Below are positions 41,328 to 41,685 of a stretch of DNA of 41,685 nt, one piece after another (position 1 is the first letter of the stretch; each line of letters begins with the position of its first letter). Position numbers and translations under genes: made by a program. The DNA comes from Betaproteobacteria bacterium (GTDB lineage Bacteria > Pseudomonadota > Gammaproteobacteria > Burkholderiales > SG8-39). Below the pieces are notes generated by a model that was not told where the DNA came from, did not search any database, and was given only the letters and a program-made list of their open reading frames with translations. The stretch is taken from assembly GCA_052387375.1 (NCBI GenBank), contig JBQTJF010000261.1, positions 1 to 41,685 of the forward strand, written 5' to 3'.

Positions 41328-41684
41328 TCAGAGAGCGAGAGGCGGGGGATCGAGGTGCTCGGGAACGTGGCCGCTGGCGAAATACGCGGCCATCGGGACG
41401 CGCTCGGTGCCGGGCGCGGTCGCGATCGCCGGCTGCGCCGCGGGCAGAGCCGATGCGCTCGCGCAATGCTCGGCGCAGGCGTTGCAGTCGGCGTTCGAGC
41501 CCGAATCGGGAGCCTGTCCGTGCTCGTGCGCGGCATGATCGTGGTCGGCGTCGGCCGGCGCGGCAGCCGCGGGCGCGAAAGCGCAGAAACCGATCGTCAC
41601 CGCCGCGAGAGCGCGCAGCGGCAGCAGCGCAAGCAGCGTCAGCACGACGAGAAATGTTGCGGCTCTTCTCACAGCGGCGCGCAT
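41328..41684 (-). CDS. Exported leader protein 4 (DUF2946/CopL-like)
   Basis: Signal peptide, His-rich segment, CNACAEHC, C-terminal HLDPPPLAL. Confidence 0.75.
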   Translation of the reverse strand: MRAAVRRAATFLVVLTLLALLPLRALAAVTIGFCAFAPAAAAPADADHDHAAHEHGQAPDSGSNADCNACAEHCASASALPAAQPAIATAPGTERVPMAAYFASGHVPEHLDPPPLAL

Positions 41685-41685
41685 C

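Overview
This is a high-GC window that looks betaproteobacterial (inferred from gene content and motifs). The first ~8 kb holds a PflX-like radical SAM gene, icmF with a LiuR-type palindrome, a class II aldolase, a His-tailed EamA transporter, an ArsR-rhodanese and a sterol desaturase-family gene. The remaining ~33 kb is an almost entirely minus-strand copper-resistance and envelope-redox island. It carries CusCBA, a P1B-1 Cu-ATPase, three multicopper oxidases, CusF, a cupredoxin, TolC, SCO, CtaG, c-type cytochromes, a lone Rieske protein, DsbC, DsbD-N, CcdA, TlpA, Lgt and an L,D-transpeptidase. No integrase, transposase, tRNA or canonical Cu regulator is visible. Three patterns stand out. (1) Four gene blocks each begin with a small exported leader ORF whose 3' end is complementary to the next gene's ribosome-binding region, suggesting repeated CutF/CruR-like translational switches. 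(2) A perfect 22-bp palindrome, AATGCTTCCGATCGGAAGCATT, occurs three times, once just before an orphan HipB-like HTH gene. (3) Several collapsed, stub or chimeric genes point to deletion-driven remodelling. All family calls come from motif recognition by eye; no database searches were run.
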